A stretch of DNA of 64,000 nucleotides from Macrostomum lignano. Lineage: Eukaryota. Under the pieces are notes generated by a model. It was not told where the DNA came from. It worked only from the letters and a program-made list of their open reading frames with translations, and did not search any database. The translations under genes were made by a program, and so were the position numbers. This document shows, piece after piece, positions 18,560 to 31,900 of the stretch. Location: positions 124,001 to 188,000 of the forward strand of contig NIVC01000900.1 of assembly GCA_002269645.1 (NCBI GenBank). Reading direction: 5' to 3'. The stretch's first letter is position 1, and every line of letters begins with the position of its first letter.

Positions 18560-20621
18560 TTATACACAAAAAGGAAAAAGCTCTGCTTAAAATCTGAGCT
18601 TCTCTCGTTAAAATGCATTTTAGCTAAATCCGGACTGCACGAATTAAGATCCGCGAAGAAAGAGTAGCCGCTGGCTTTCCACAACTGCAAGTCCGACTTG
18701 AAAGGGTCGTAAAATCAGTGGATTCACTCACTTCTGAGCTCCTGGCAGAGCTCAACAATATTTTGAACTAAATTACCAGAGGTGAGAAGATCAGCAGTTA
18801 ACAGACCATTATCTCGCAGATGTCCAAACATGAAGTGAGATGCTTCAAAAGAAAAAATACGAATTTGCTGGGGCACTTCAGACCGCCTCGGTCACACAGT
18901 TGAATCAGCAAAGTTGTTTAGTCCTCTTCGGCAATAAACTCCAAGTAATCGTTAGTAAGTAGAAGATTCTTGCAGTCAGTGCACTTCAGCTGGCCAAGGC
19001 TATGAAACTGAAGCAGGCTGTTGTCAAAAATGCACACCACCGGCTTCAGGTGAACCCGATCAAGCAGAGCAAGGCAGTCAGTGAGGTGATTTTGCACTAA
19101 GCCTATTTTTTGGAATAAGAGAAATTACTTCCTGGAAGTCTCCCATGCAGCGACTTGATCAGAAAAGCGCACACAGTTTTGGCGAGCTCATCGGTTTCTG
19201 CGTCAGTGCCAAATACCTTGCCTCCGCTGAATTCCATTCGCTTCGACGAAATAAATTTCGTCGATTGCAAGAAGCAACTACCCTCTCAGACTCAGACAGG
19301 CTGTCAACTTTTAGCTTGAGATAATCTTCGGTAGCCTTGATGTCAGGGTCATTGCTCAATCCGGAAGAAAGCCTCTGCAGATGCCTAACACTTGGGAGGT
19401 TGACTGTGTTGGATTTCCGAGTGAAGTTTTACGCTGATGGGCTGTGGTGCTGCAACAGGTATGAAAAAGCGAGTAGCTCGCTGGAGTATGTTAGCTTCCC
19501 CTTCTTAAAACTCGAAAAGCTTAGCTGCTCGACAAGAAAATTCAGTTTAGCAAAAGCAGCCTCCTCAATGGATTTATTCAGCTCTTGATCACTCTTGACT
19601 TCAATCTTAGCTGACAAGTCGGTGATAGCTTTCGTGACTGCCTCCTGAGCTAGTAAGAGGTTCTCCTCATAAGCATGCCGGCAATCTTCCAAACAGACAT
19701 TTTTTTAGCCTAGCTAGGATGTTTTCAAGTTGGGCAAAGGTTTTAAGACTGCCACTCGATTTTAAGGTTACACTCGATTCAGAGATCACCTTGAAAAAGC
19801 ACCTTAGATGATCTGGTAGATCGTATGACCCAATAGCGTGGAAGTCAGAAATCACATCCTTTTGTAGAAGCTCCTCTGCTTCTACCTCGTAATGCTGAAT
19901 GTCGTGCTCTCGACGCTCCAGCCGATGCACAAATCGTTTGCTTCTCTTCCTGGACGGCCTTGCTCAAGTAGGGTGCAACATTCGGAAGATGCACGGCACA
20001 GCATCATTCGAGAAGATGCACGGCACAGCATCATTCGGAAGATGCACGGCACAGCATCATTCGGAAGATGCACGGCACAGCATCATTCGGAAGATGCACG
20101 GCACAGCATCATTCGGGAAGATTCACGGCACAGCATCATTCGGGAAGATGCACGGCACAGCATCATTCGGAAGATGCACGGCACAGCATCATTCGGAAGA
20201 TGCACGGCACAGCATCATTCGGAAGATTCACGGCACAGCATCATTCGGAAGATGCACGGCACAGCATCATTCGGGAAGATTCACGGCACAGCATCATCTG
20301 CCAGACGCCGGTTTTTCAGCTTAGCAGTAGCAGCGATGGATCGTCAGCTGCCGGCCTTTTGCGATTTGGGTTGGAATCCGTAGAAACAGTCACAAAAAAC
20401 TTAACCTGGAAAATGCAGAGAGCAAACCCGATAGTTGTGACTTGGGTCAAACCGCAGCTTACACAGCTCGGCCTCAGTCCATTCTCGAGGAGTTGTAGCC
20501 ATCCACTTGTTCAACAGATCCAGATTCTCGACAGAAGGAAACTTGTGGATGGAAACAGTCGGGCCCTTCTTATACCTAGGCGAATTAGTAACACAAGCTG
20601 GAACACAGCACTTGTATCCAT
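18560..20621 (-). pseudogene. Degenerate, internally deleted P-element-family (THAP9-like) transposase with an N-terminal THAP domain
   Basis: Minus-strand translation across frameshifts gives THAP M(G)YKCCVPAC...HKFP...KW...RVCSLHF...LADDAVP*IF, then LLQHHSPSA*NFTRKSNTVNLPSVRHLQRL, LKVDSLSESERVV/LAIDEIY (first catalytic Asp region), EFSGGKVFG...LAKTVCAFLIKSL, and C-terminal KCTDC, DRGGLKCPS and CSCG motifs. Multiple stops and frameshifts; terminal inverted repeats were not identified. Confidence 0.85.
19985..20297. repeat. 12 copies of a 26/27-bp unit (GAAGATGCACGGCACAGCATCATTCG) inside the THAP coding region
   Basis: Counted directly; the reverse complement encodes (P)NDAVPCIF. Confidence 0.95.
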
Positions 20622-21169
20622 GATGTATTATGCAAATTTTCGATTAAAAAATAGAGTTTAGAAAATCAGAGAATTGCTTAGAGTGAGTTGACATCAGTTG
20701 TCCTTTTGCTGCCTAAATGATATCCTGCACGAGAAGATATAGGCAAAAATAGAAAGATATGAGTATTCAGTGTACAGTAAACTAAGGACAAAAATTTTTT
20801 GCTTCCCAAGTTCACAAAACGAGACTAAACTCGTAGAGAAGGTGGGGAGGGGCCATGTGAGTGTCGCTTCCGTGGTGAGCGAAGCGAAACGAAGAGGCTT
20901 CCTTGGCCGTGGTGTAACAAAAGCCGTATTTAGGTTGGGAGGGGGAATGGCGCCAATGCAACTTTCAGACAATCTTAAATTATTAATGAGAAATTCTATG
21001 ATCTCTGGGCGTTCTTAGGGCTTCTGCGTTTTCTGGGGCTCCAAAATAGCAGCACTTTCTGGGACCGCTTTTAGGGGCGCCAGAATGGCGCTACTATAGG
21101 CGAGCCTGTGGGTCACTTTTTGGGGCTTCGGTTCAAAGCTTCGGCTCCAAGTGAGCGGAATCGCTTCTG

Positions 21170-21670
21170 TCACACAGGAGTTTTCCGATTCTGTATCAGA
21201 TGTTTTGCAATCGCCATGGTGCCAGAATCCCAGATACAGGCTCAACTATTTAATGCCATCAGCGACACCGACTACCGAAAGCTCACGATTAGCGTCCATG
21301 AACTTGGCAATTAACAACGCTGCCAAGGACTGCAAACGGCAAAATCATTCCCTTGGTGGGGAAATTCACAACCTGACTGGACTGCGGGTCAGCAATCTGT
21401 TCTATCCGACATGCATGTGCTGCAAAGGCTCAGCAAGCCTGTCCTGTCATGTCATACTTGCCAGCAGCTGGGAATCATCCCGATGAATGTCCCAAAGCCT
21501 ACATCACTACTGACGTGCAGCATCAGCTAACCACCAACGAATGAGGAGTTCATCAGAGAGTTTTCCACAGTTTTCGACGAGCACATCCACCTCATGTGGG
21601 GAGAGAAGTCCAAATTCAATTGGTGGACACTCGGCCATTAGTGGTTCGGACTCCGCGACGTTTATAGCAC
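21170..21670 (+). mobile_element. Possible decayed Ty3/Gypsy pol fragment (protease end and RT linker)
   Basis: Broken translation ...LSCHTCQQLGIIP...EFIREFSTVFDEHIHLMWGEK / KIQLVDTRPLVVRTPRRL resembles the Gypsy protease-RT junction; recognised by eye only, with several stops. Confidence 0.45.
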
Positions 21671-22965
21671 AAAGACCACTATAAGTTACCGATTTATTAG
21701 GACGTAACACTCGTAAACATTGCAACATTTTTGAAGGCCCGCTTGTTTGTAATGGAGCTAAAATTTAAAGGCTCATATAACTCCCGATCAGTTGCACATG
21801 AAATGATCATTTTTGCCAGGCTGTTAGAATTTCTTTCTTTCTAAGATGAAGCAAGGTTTGGCCTTTTATCTACATGTAGGAGCGGCAGGCGTGAAGCACA
21901 GAAATGGTTATACGCAATGTGAAAAAGCATAAAGTTGCAGTATTTCAATTGTTGTTTCCCAGTCTCGACAAACTGGCAGACCAGAAAATAATAAACTGTA
22001 CAGCGTTGAATAGGCCGCAAAGAAAGCTACGATCGAACTTCACTATCAAAAACAGCATTAAGAAAATCAATATTTCTGAAATAAGGACTCCAACATTCAA
22101 AATATTTATTTTGCTGTTTAAATGTACAGTAGGAGTCAAATATCAGTTAGAGTTGATCCTTTTGCAGAAAAACTGATGATTATGTCTACTGTTTACGACT
22201 GAACTGTTGAAGTTCAAACTTCTGCCAGGAAAGGAAGTGTCTCAATACATTTATTTTGACCCATTTCTATGGAGACACATGCTGTAAATACGGACAGTGA
22301 TCTTTTAATAAATAAACAAAGCTAAAAATTAATTCCATGAAACAAATTTTGAAAAAATGGTTTAAGCGAGTCAGTTCTTTTACCATTTATTTTAATGAAA
22401 CGTCGAGGTTTCCTGTAGGTAAAAAAACTTTCCTTAGCTAGCTAGTTGTTTAATTGAAACAGCAAAGAAACTTAAGAAAACCTCTGTCAAAATTTGCTTT
22501 TCTGTTACTGACAGAAAAGAATATTTTCACCTCCTCTATCAGTCAATTTTTTCTGTAAGTTCCCAGTTGCACGACTAATATAGTGCATTGCAAGCTTTAT
22601 AATGATATATTTTTTAAACACAACGGTTAATATTAAACTAAATTGTTCAGAACCTCTTGTAGAAATTAGTTTGTAAACTGACCAACAACTATTCATACCA
22701 CAGGAACCTAGTCAGATTTAATAAAACAATTGTTTTCAATATACGGGCATATATGATACAGTTACAGTTGTACGAACTATAAAGTAGATAAAGTGGCATG
22801 CAATATTATTATTTCATTCAAATTTTAAACTCAGAAAAACAAATCGAAAAATTTCACTTTTACTATCGTTAGTTCTACACATCAGAAAGTTTTCGTTAAC
22901 CGTGAAAGTTACGCTCGTATAATATAGAAAACATTTCAAAGTACACATAGTTAAATATCGGACAT

Positions 22966-25900
22966 TCAGACCATTTCCGGTTTGGCATACATCGGCAGGT
23001 GATAATAGTTGTAGCTGATGTAGTTCAGGAATCTGGTCCCTAGCGCCCGTTTCGCACCGCTCCTGGCGTACTCCTCTTTCACCTGGGCTCGTTGAGCAGT
23101 GCTCAGCTAAATATTTTGTTATAAATTGTAGAATTATTTATTAGCTACTTCAATATATTCAAAATGTATCCCTTTCTTCATCTATTCAGCTATTTAACTA
23201 AAGGCAACGGTACCATAAGGCAAGTAACTAATATATTTATTGCAATATCATCTTATTTTTACTTTTACTTTTATCTCATGATTGATTCATAAAACTAATC
23301 GTTTTTATACGTTCTATACTCAAGAGTTTACCCTTGATTTGCATTTACTCATGTATTTTATAGCTCGTATAAGCATAGATCTTAAAGAATTTCGTAATAT
23401 TCCTTATAATACTCATTACAAAGATATTTATTAATTCTTATCACATACATTTAATACGATACAATGTGCTCGTCGTTATCATACTACATACTAAAACAAA
23501 AAAGTAGTCAAATTTCAAAGCCGCACTTACCCCGATTTCGTCTTCCATTAGTTTCCTGATTTGTTCTTCAATTGACAGCTTGTCAGGAGCCTTTTGAAAT
23601 GAAAATTTACAATTAAAGCATTATTAATCAACGGTATTTATTTAATATAATAGATAAAAAAGCATCTTAAACGGTAGTAATGATGAAAATTAAAACAAAT
23701 TTCAAGTCGTAGCATACTACGCCTATATACTACGAGTATGTAATTTCAATATACTACGCAGTATATTGTACATATAAATAAACAACTACTTGATGTACAT
23801 TTGTAGCAGAGCTGTAGCCAATCATAAGAAACAGAGACTCACCGGCCTGGTTGACAGAAGGTCTCTTAATTCGTCGCGGAAATCATGGAACCGGTCGTGG
23901 TAGAAGGCCAGAGCCCAGGTCTCGTTAAAGAATCTGCAGAAGAAAAAATACAATACAATTATCCACGATCGTTTTAATCTGGAAAACCTAATTAGCATGT
24001 AATGCGGACTCACTCGAAGAAATCCGGCACCAGCTTCTCCTTGAAGCGACTGGCCAAGTTGTTCAACAGGCGCTGGTGCAAGCCGTAAAGTTGAATGTAG
24101 TTCTTGTAGGGAAACGGCTGAAATCAACGTTTTTGTACTGATTGGATTGGCTGGAAAATGTACTTTAAATTGCGCAATGTAAAGTAAACTGTAGTGCATA
24201 TTGTAGTTTTATGGAATTACATATCCAACTTGACACTAGAATGCACATTATAAATTAAATGCACGTAAACTGTAAACTGAATGTAATTTTGAAACTTGCA
24301 TCGAATGATATACTACTACAGTAAAATTTAAAGTGGATATGTACATTACAAGATGTACACTATTTGTGACGAATACATGGAAACGTTCTTTAGAAGATAC
24401 GCATAAAAGTACAGAGTTTTGACATGGAAAAGTAAACTATAGATTGTATATTATAAAGTACCTTGAATTGTTCACTATAACGTACACTGGAATGTACATC
24501 AGAAAGTACAATAATAAGTATACTAAAAAGTACACTGGAATGTACATCAGAAAGCACATTATTAATGATACTATATAAAGTACACTGGAATGTACATCAA
24601 AAAGTACATTAAAAATTTATACTATAAAGTACAATGGAATGTACATCAGAAAGTACATTAATCATTATACTTTAAAGTACACTGTAATGTACATCAGAAA
24701 GTACATTAATCATTATACTATAAAGTACACTGTAATGTACATAAAAAATACAATAAATTGTACACTAAAACGTACTCTATAATGTACACTCCAAATGTAC
24801 AAAAAGACTCACCTCGCGGCTGAGGCAAGTGATCGAATCAATCTTGTCGTACTGGTTCAGGTGCAGCCTGAAGTAGCTGCCCTCCTTGGTGCAGGTCTTC
24901 AAATAGCGACCCTCGTCGCCAACAGTCGGGTGCAGGTAGTCAGCAATGGTGGGGCTGGTCACGTGCAGGTAGTGATAACCGCCCGGCAGTCTGGCGCCGG
25001 ACAATTTCGGCGTGTGTCCGAACTGGGGGATGAGCTTGGCCGGCTCCGGTGGCGGCTCGGTGTCCTGGTCCAGAGTGGGGTCGAACAGGCGCAGCAGGGC
25101 GTGGGCGAGCTGCGATTTGATATGTCGGTTGGGTGGAATATGGACATTGATGATCTTCCAAATATGGATATTAATAAAATTCTAAATATAAAAATTAATG
25201 AGGTTCCAAATATGGAAATTAATAAGGCTCCAAATATTGAAGTTAATGAGGTTCCAAATATGGAAGTTAATGAGTTTCCAAATATGGAAGTTAATGAGTT
25301 TCCAAATATGGAAGTTAATGAGGTTTCAAATATGGAAATTATTGAGGTTCCAAATATGGAAATTAATAAGGCTCCAAATATGGAAGTTAATGAGGTTCCA
25401 AATATGGAAATTAGTAAGGCTCCAAATATGGAAGTTAATGAGGTTCCAAATGTGGAAGCTAATGAGGTTCCAAATATGAAAATTAATGAGGTTCCAAATA
25501 TGGAGGTTAATAAGGCTCCAAATATGGAAGGTAATGAGGCTCCAAATATGGAAGTTAATGAGGTTCCAAATATGGAAGTTAATGAGTTTCCAAATATGGA
25601 AGTTAATGAGTTTCCAAATATGGAAGTTAATGAGTTTCCAAATATGGAAGTTAATGAGGTTTCAAATATGGAAATTATTGAGGTTCCAAATATGGAAATT
25701 AATAAGGCTCCAAATATGGAAGTTAATGAGGTTCCAAATATGGAAATTAGTAAGGCTCCAAATATGGAAGTTAATGAGGTTCCAAATGTGGAAGCTAATG
25801 AGGTTCCAAATATGGAAATTAATGAGGTTCCAAATATGGAGGTTAATAAGGCTCCAAATATGGAAGGTAATGAGGTTCCAAATATGGAAGTTAATGAGGT

Positions 25901-28900
25901 TCCAAATATGGAATTTAATGAGGTTCCAAATATGGAAGTTAATGAGTTTCCAAATATGGAAGTTAATGAGTTTCCAAATATGGAAGTTAATGAGTTTCCA
26001 AATATGGAAGTTAATGAGTTTCCAAATATGGAAGTTAATGAGTTTCCAAATATGGAAGTTAATGAGTTTCCAAATATGGAAGTTAATGAGTTTCCAAATA
26101 TGGAAGTTAATGAGTTTCCAAATATGGAAGTTAATGAGTTTCCAAATATGGAAGTTAATGAGGTTCCAAATGTGGAAATTAATGAGGTTCCAAATGTGGA
26201 AGCTAATGAGGTTCCAAATATGGAAATTAATGAGGTTCCAAATTTGGAAGCTAATGAGGTTCCAAATATGGAAGTTAATGAGGTTCCAAATGTGGACATT
26301 CATGAGACGCCATGATTGCCCTTCTTTAACCCTAAGACAGCGCCACAATAAGAAATCAAGAAAAAACTTGAAAAGCTCTCACCTGCTCGCCAACAATTTT
26401 GCTATTGAAGCTGGCGTGACTCCAGTTGTCGGCGTGATAGGCCCGTTGAAATTTGGTGACTGGTCCGGCGGCTCGGATGGCCACGTCGTTGGTGTGAAAG
26501 TTGGCGTCAATCACCAGCCGACCGTCGAATACGAGGCAGGCGTCGTTCACGGCCGTGAAGCAGTCGAAATCGACGCCCAGACGTTGATAGGCGAACAGAG
26601 CCTGTTGGTGAATTGTGACTTGAATTGTAAACAGGGTGACTTAAAAAATAATGAATTGCAGAATCAGTGAATGAAAAATTGGTAATTTGAAAAAAATTGG
26701 TGAATTGGAAAAATAGGAGAAATGAAGAAATTAGTGAATTTGAGAAATTGATAAATTGGAGAAATTGGTGAATTAGAGAAATTTAATAAATTGGCAAAAT
26801 TGGTGAATTGGAGAAGTTGGAAAGTTAAAGAAATTGGTTAATTAGAGAAATCGGTGAATTGGAGAAATTGGTGAATTGGAGAAATTGGTGAATTGGAGAA
26901 ATTGGTAAATTAGAGAAATTGGTGAATTAGAGAAATTAGTGAAATGGAGAAATTGGTGAATTAAAGAAATTGTCTAATTAGAGAAATTGGTGAATTCGAG
27001 AAATTGGTGAATTGGAGAAATTGGTAAACTTGAAAAATTGGTGAATTGGAGAAATGGGTGAATTAGAGAAATTGGTGAAATGGAGAAATTGGTGAATTAA
27101 AAATATTGGTGAAGTGGAGAAATTGGTGAATTAGAAATATTGGTGAAGTGGAGAAATTGGTGAATTGGAAAAATGGTAAAATAGAAAAACTGGTGAATCG
27201 GAAAGAGTTGGTGATTCGAAAGATCTGACAATGGTTAATCTGCTATCTAGGTATTGGTGAACCGGAGATCTGGCAACTCACGCAGCAGTCCAGGTGGACC
27301 TCCCGTTTGCCGTCTTCACTAACAAAGGTGAGCAGCTCCAGCTGCCTCGGCTCGGGCTCTTCATCATTCCACTGCTGAAGCCGGTAGCCACGGTGGGCCG
27401 CCACACCGGAGGCGTGGAGGGCGGCCTCAACCTGCGTCTCCACGTGATCATCGTGCTCGAACGGGTTCGGCTAGAAATTGGTTTTGAAGGGAGAAGCGGC
27501 GCAATGAATCTTGAGAGCTTGTTGGCTGGGGAATCCCTTCGCTACGCAATAGAACTGGGGAACCCCTTGGCAACAGCTTTTAAATGGGGGAATTCCTTAG
27601 CAACCCTTTTAAAACGAGGGAATCCCTTAGCAACCATTTTCAAACAGGGGAATCCTTTAGCAACATTTTTAAAACAAGGGAATACCTTAGCAACACTTTC
27701 AAACGAGGGAATCCCTTAGCAACCCTTTTAAAACGAGGGAATCCCTTAGAAACACCGTTAAAACGGGGAATCCCTTAGCAACCATTTTCAAACTGGGGAA
27801 TCCCTTAGCAACGCTGTTCAAACGGAGGAATCCCTTAGCAATACCCTTAAAACGGTGGAATCCCTTAACAACACTGTTCAAATGGGGAAATCCTTTGGTA
27901 AACTCTTCATACTGGGGAATCCCCTAGCAACGCTTTTCAAATCGGGAAATCCCTTGGCATCACCCTTCAAACGGGGGAAACCTATTTTGACAACATTCTT
28001 CAAACAGGGGAATCCCTTAGCAATACTGTTCAAACTGGGGAATCCCTTAGCAACACTGTTAAAAGGGGGGAATCCCTTAGCAACACTCTAAAAACTGGGG
28101 AATCTCTTAGCAACGCTGTTTAAACCAAGGAATCTCATGACAGTGGTGTTTAAACTTTGGAATTCTCGCCCTAGCAACTAACCGAGTCCGGGTCCAGCAC
28201 TCTAACGATGCTCTGCGGTCGAACGCCGGCCTCAAGCAGAGCCTGAACGCAGGCGTAAGCGTCCAGACTGCGGCCATAGACGATGAGTTTGCCCTCCAGC
28301 CGTTGCTTGTCCAGCCGCCTGTCCAGCCAATGCAGAGCCGCTGCCGCGTCGAACGGATCGTTGATGCAGAACATGTTCCTCGGCCGGTGCGGTGGCAAGC
28401 GCTTGGCGCTGAGCATCTGGCGCTGACTTGGCGCCTTCTTCAACGGCGCAACCGGTTGATATTGAAGGCCGGTGGATAGGATTAGGTAGTCGTAGGGCAC
28501 CCTGGCAGTTCCGTTGACCGTGATCACCTTGCGTTTGCGATCGATTTTAGTCATACGGCCGTAGACAACACTGACCCAGGTGCGCAGGGACATGCAAGCG
28601 TAGTCACGGCTGTCATAGATTAAGCTGAAAAAGCGGCGAAAGCGATGACGCTAAAGTACCTGTGCACTAATCAGTATGAGTGCTAGTGCACTAATTAGTA
28701 TGAGTGCTAGTGCACTAATCCGTGTGTACAAGTGCTAGTGCACTAATCCGTGTGTATAAGTGCTTCTGCACTAATCGGTGTGTATAAGTGCTAGTGCACT
28801 AATTAGTATGAGTGCTAGTGCACTAATCAGTGTGTATAAGTGCTAGTACACTAATTAGTATGAGTGCTAGTGCACTAATCAGTGTGTATGAGTGCTAGTG

Positions 28901-31900
28901 CACTAATCAGTGTGTATAAGTGCTAGTGCACTAATCAGTGTGTATGAGTGCTAGTGCACTAATCAGTGTGTATAAGTGCTAATGCACTAATCAGTGTGTA
29001 TAAGTGCTAATGCACTAATCAGTGTGTATAAGTGCTAGTGCACTAATCAGTGTGTATAAGTGCTAATACACTAATCAGTGTGTATAAGTGCTAATGCACT
29101 AATCAGTGTGTATAAGTGCTAGTGCACTAATCCGTGTGTATAAGTGCTAGTACACTAATCCGTGTGTACAAGTGCTAGTGCACTAATCGGTGTGTATAAG
29201 TGCAAGTGCACTAATCCGTGTGTATAAGTGCTAGTGCACTAATCAGTGTCCAGTTATCTGAGACTACAAGAGCACCAATAAAACGATTCCACTCACCCAG
29301 ACGCGGTCATGCACTCTCTCTGTTCATCTGGCTCCAAGTCACCGGGCAGACCGTGAGGCGACACCAGAATCAAGTTGTTGAATCGTAGATGCGGACTGAA
29401 ATTATTGAAACATTAATCGTTAAAAATAACCGCTATTTAAACAACAACTTTTGATTGATTTATTGTCCTCAGCTCACCAGAAGGCCAAAGTCTCCAAGAA
29501 GCTGATGCCTGTTGACGAAGCTCCCACCACGACAATCCTAGCATTGACGGTCACTTTTGGCTCGTAGATCAACTTTCTATTGATGTGATTCAGCGCGAAC
29601 GCCTGCTGCTCCATCAGGACTCGTTCGGATGGAGCGTTGCCGCCCAGCTTCTCGAGCGGGTATTGAATCTGGCGTCGGGCTCGGACAGGTACAAAGTAGC
29701 TCAGCGCAGTCGGTTGGCTGTATTTGGCACGGAGCTCCTCAGGAGCAGAGCTCGGGTACACCGGATAGCTCAGGCAGGTTTTGTCACCAAGGCGCATTAT
29801 TTCCTGCGAATGAGCGCATGAATCAGTGTTGACTTGAACTGCATGGTTAGTACATTTATTAAAAGTACATTTTCTATCTGAATAAAATGTGCAAAGTTAA
29901 ATTCTGAAGTACATAATAAAAGTACAATTTTAGGGTACATCGTAAAAGTACATTACCCAGAAAAACTTTTATAGTAAACTATAAAGTAGATTTCTAAAGT
30001 ATATTATATAGTACATTTTTAAGTACATTTCCAAACAACATTTTGAAATCCAACTCTGAAGTACATATTAAGACTACAACTCTAAACTACAGTTTAAAAG
30101 AAGAGTTCAAAACTAAGTAAAAGTACAATTCTAGTTGAGTGCGATATCGAAAAGATTTTTTTTGGAATTCAAGTTTGTTATAATCCTTTTTTAACCTTAC
30201 GAGATCGTAAATTCTAGATTTACGTTTTAAAGTATAATTGCTACTTCAGACATTTACTTAAATAAAACCATATTTCACTCCGTTAGTTTATTTTAATAAA
30301 AAATGGAATCTCGGCTTGGCTCTGCTCGTGCAATTAACACCCAGTTTGAGGTCCAACCCCCTAGGCACAGTGAAGTGTACATGCCTAACGATAAATAAAG
30401 TTAAGGCTGCTGTACACTCCTGTGTGAGTGTGTGCCTGTGCGTTTGACTGCGAACGTATCCGCGCGCTTGTGTGCCTGCTCAGGGGAGTCGGCGGAATGG
30501 GCAGCAATGCCTCTCGCCGGTTGTGTGCCTATGTCGCTTAAAGTGCGCCAGGGTGCACACAACCCCCCTGCCTCTAATAAAATAACCTTTTTAGTTAGTT
30601 CGTATAAACAATGTAGTTACAAACTACTTTTCATTAGTATACTTCAAGTCTCACCTTAATAAACAGCTTAGAGAAGTGATTAAAAATCGGGTTCACAGCG
30701 AGATGATACAGCCTGGCGTGCTCGTCCTTCCTGTGATGATTGTAGTAAATAAAATCTTCGATGTTGTAGTGCGAGCGCATGTACATCGCGTCTGAGTCGG
30801 CCTCCTTGCGCATGATGCCGACGCCGACCAGCTGGCCGAGGCACTGGGCCACGAATGCCTGGATCTGCTCTCCGTGCTGCCCGATGGATTCAGTAGGATT
30901 AAATATAGAAGTAAGGAAATTTTCGGCTTCTGGGGAATCCCACTATGTACATTCAATTGTTTGGTGAAATCCTGCTATGTACATTCAGTTGTTGAGGAGT
31001 CCCTGTTATGTACATTCAGGTGTTGGGGAATCCCACTGTGTACAGCCAGTTTTTGGGGGAATCCCACTATGTACATTTAGTTGTTTGAAGAATCCCACTA
31101 TGTACATTCAGTTGTTTGGGGAATCCTACTATGTACATTCAATAGTTTGGGAATCCCACTATGTACATTTAGTGGTTTTGGGAATCCCACTATGTACATT
31201 CAGTCGTTTGGGGAATCCTACTATGCCTCGTACATTTAGTAGTTTGGCTAATACTACAACATACATTAAGCTGTACATTCTTATCTGCCAATGACCCGCA
31301 ATCCTCACCTTGACCGGATCCCTCTTGAAATTCAGGAACAAGTCGAAGTCCTTCAGCAGGCTGGACTTCAGACGCAGCGAATTGACCAATCGAGCGACAG
31401 ACGGCCTGTCGGCAGGTTTCGCCGCCCGAACCTCCAGATTGCAGGCCAGGCCGCCACGGTGGAACACGTACAGTTCCTGGTTGAGGGTGCAGTTCGGTTT
31501 TGGCGTCACCCTGACGAAGCTCTGCAGCAGGGAGAACTCCGGCACCATAGTCGGCACCGTGATGATTGCAAAGTCGGCGTCGGGAAAAAGTCGGAACACG
31601 TGCGGCAGAAAGTCCACCGAGCGGGGATCCTGCGCCTCGGCGATGGCGAACAGTTGAATAACGACTGCGTTTGACTCGCCGTGGTACACCGGCTGGAAGT
31701 TGCGGGCCACTCTGGCCGCCGCGGTGTTCGGCGGAACCTCCGGGCTGAGCGACTTCGGCGAGGCGATCGGCGTCATCACGATGCCCTCCTCGTCTTCCTC
31801 CTCTTCCGGTTCCTCCTCAGCCTCCTCGGCTGCTTCATTTTCGGCGTTTTCTTCATCAACTTCGTCGATACGTCGATCGTCGTCCTCATTCAGCAGGGAG

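Noticed and set aside
24795-26670. Long ORFs of 506, 446, 394 and 228 aa with PNMEVNEV-type repeats
   Set aside because: They are translations of a 24-bp intronic minisatellite lying between valid CFAP61 splice sites; a unit length divisible by 3 keeps several frames open
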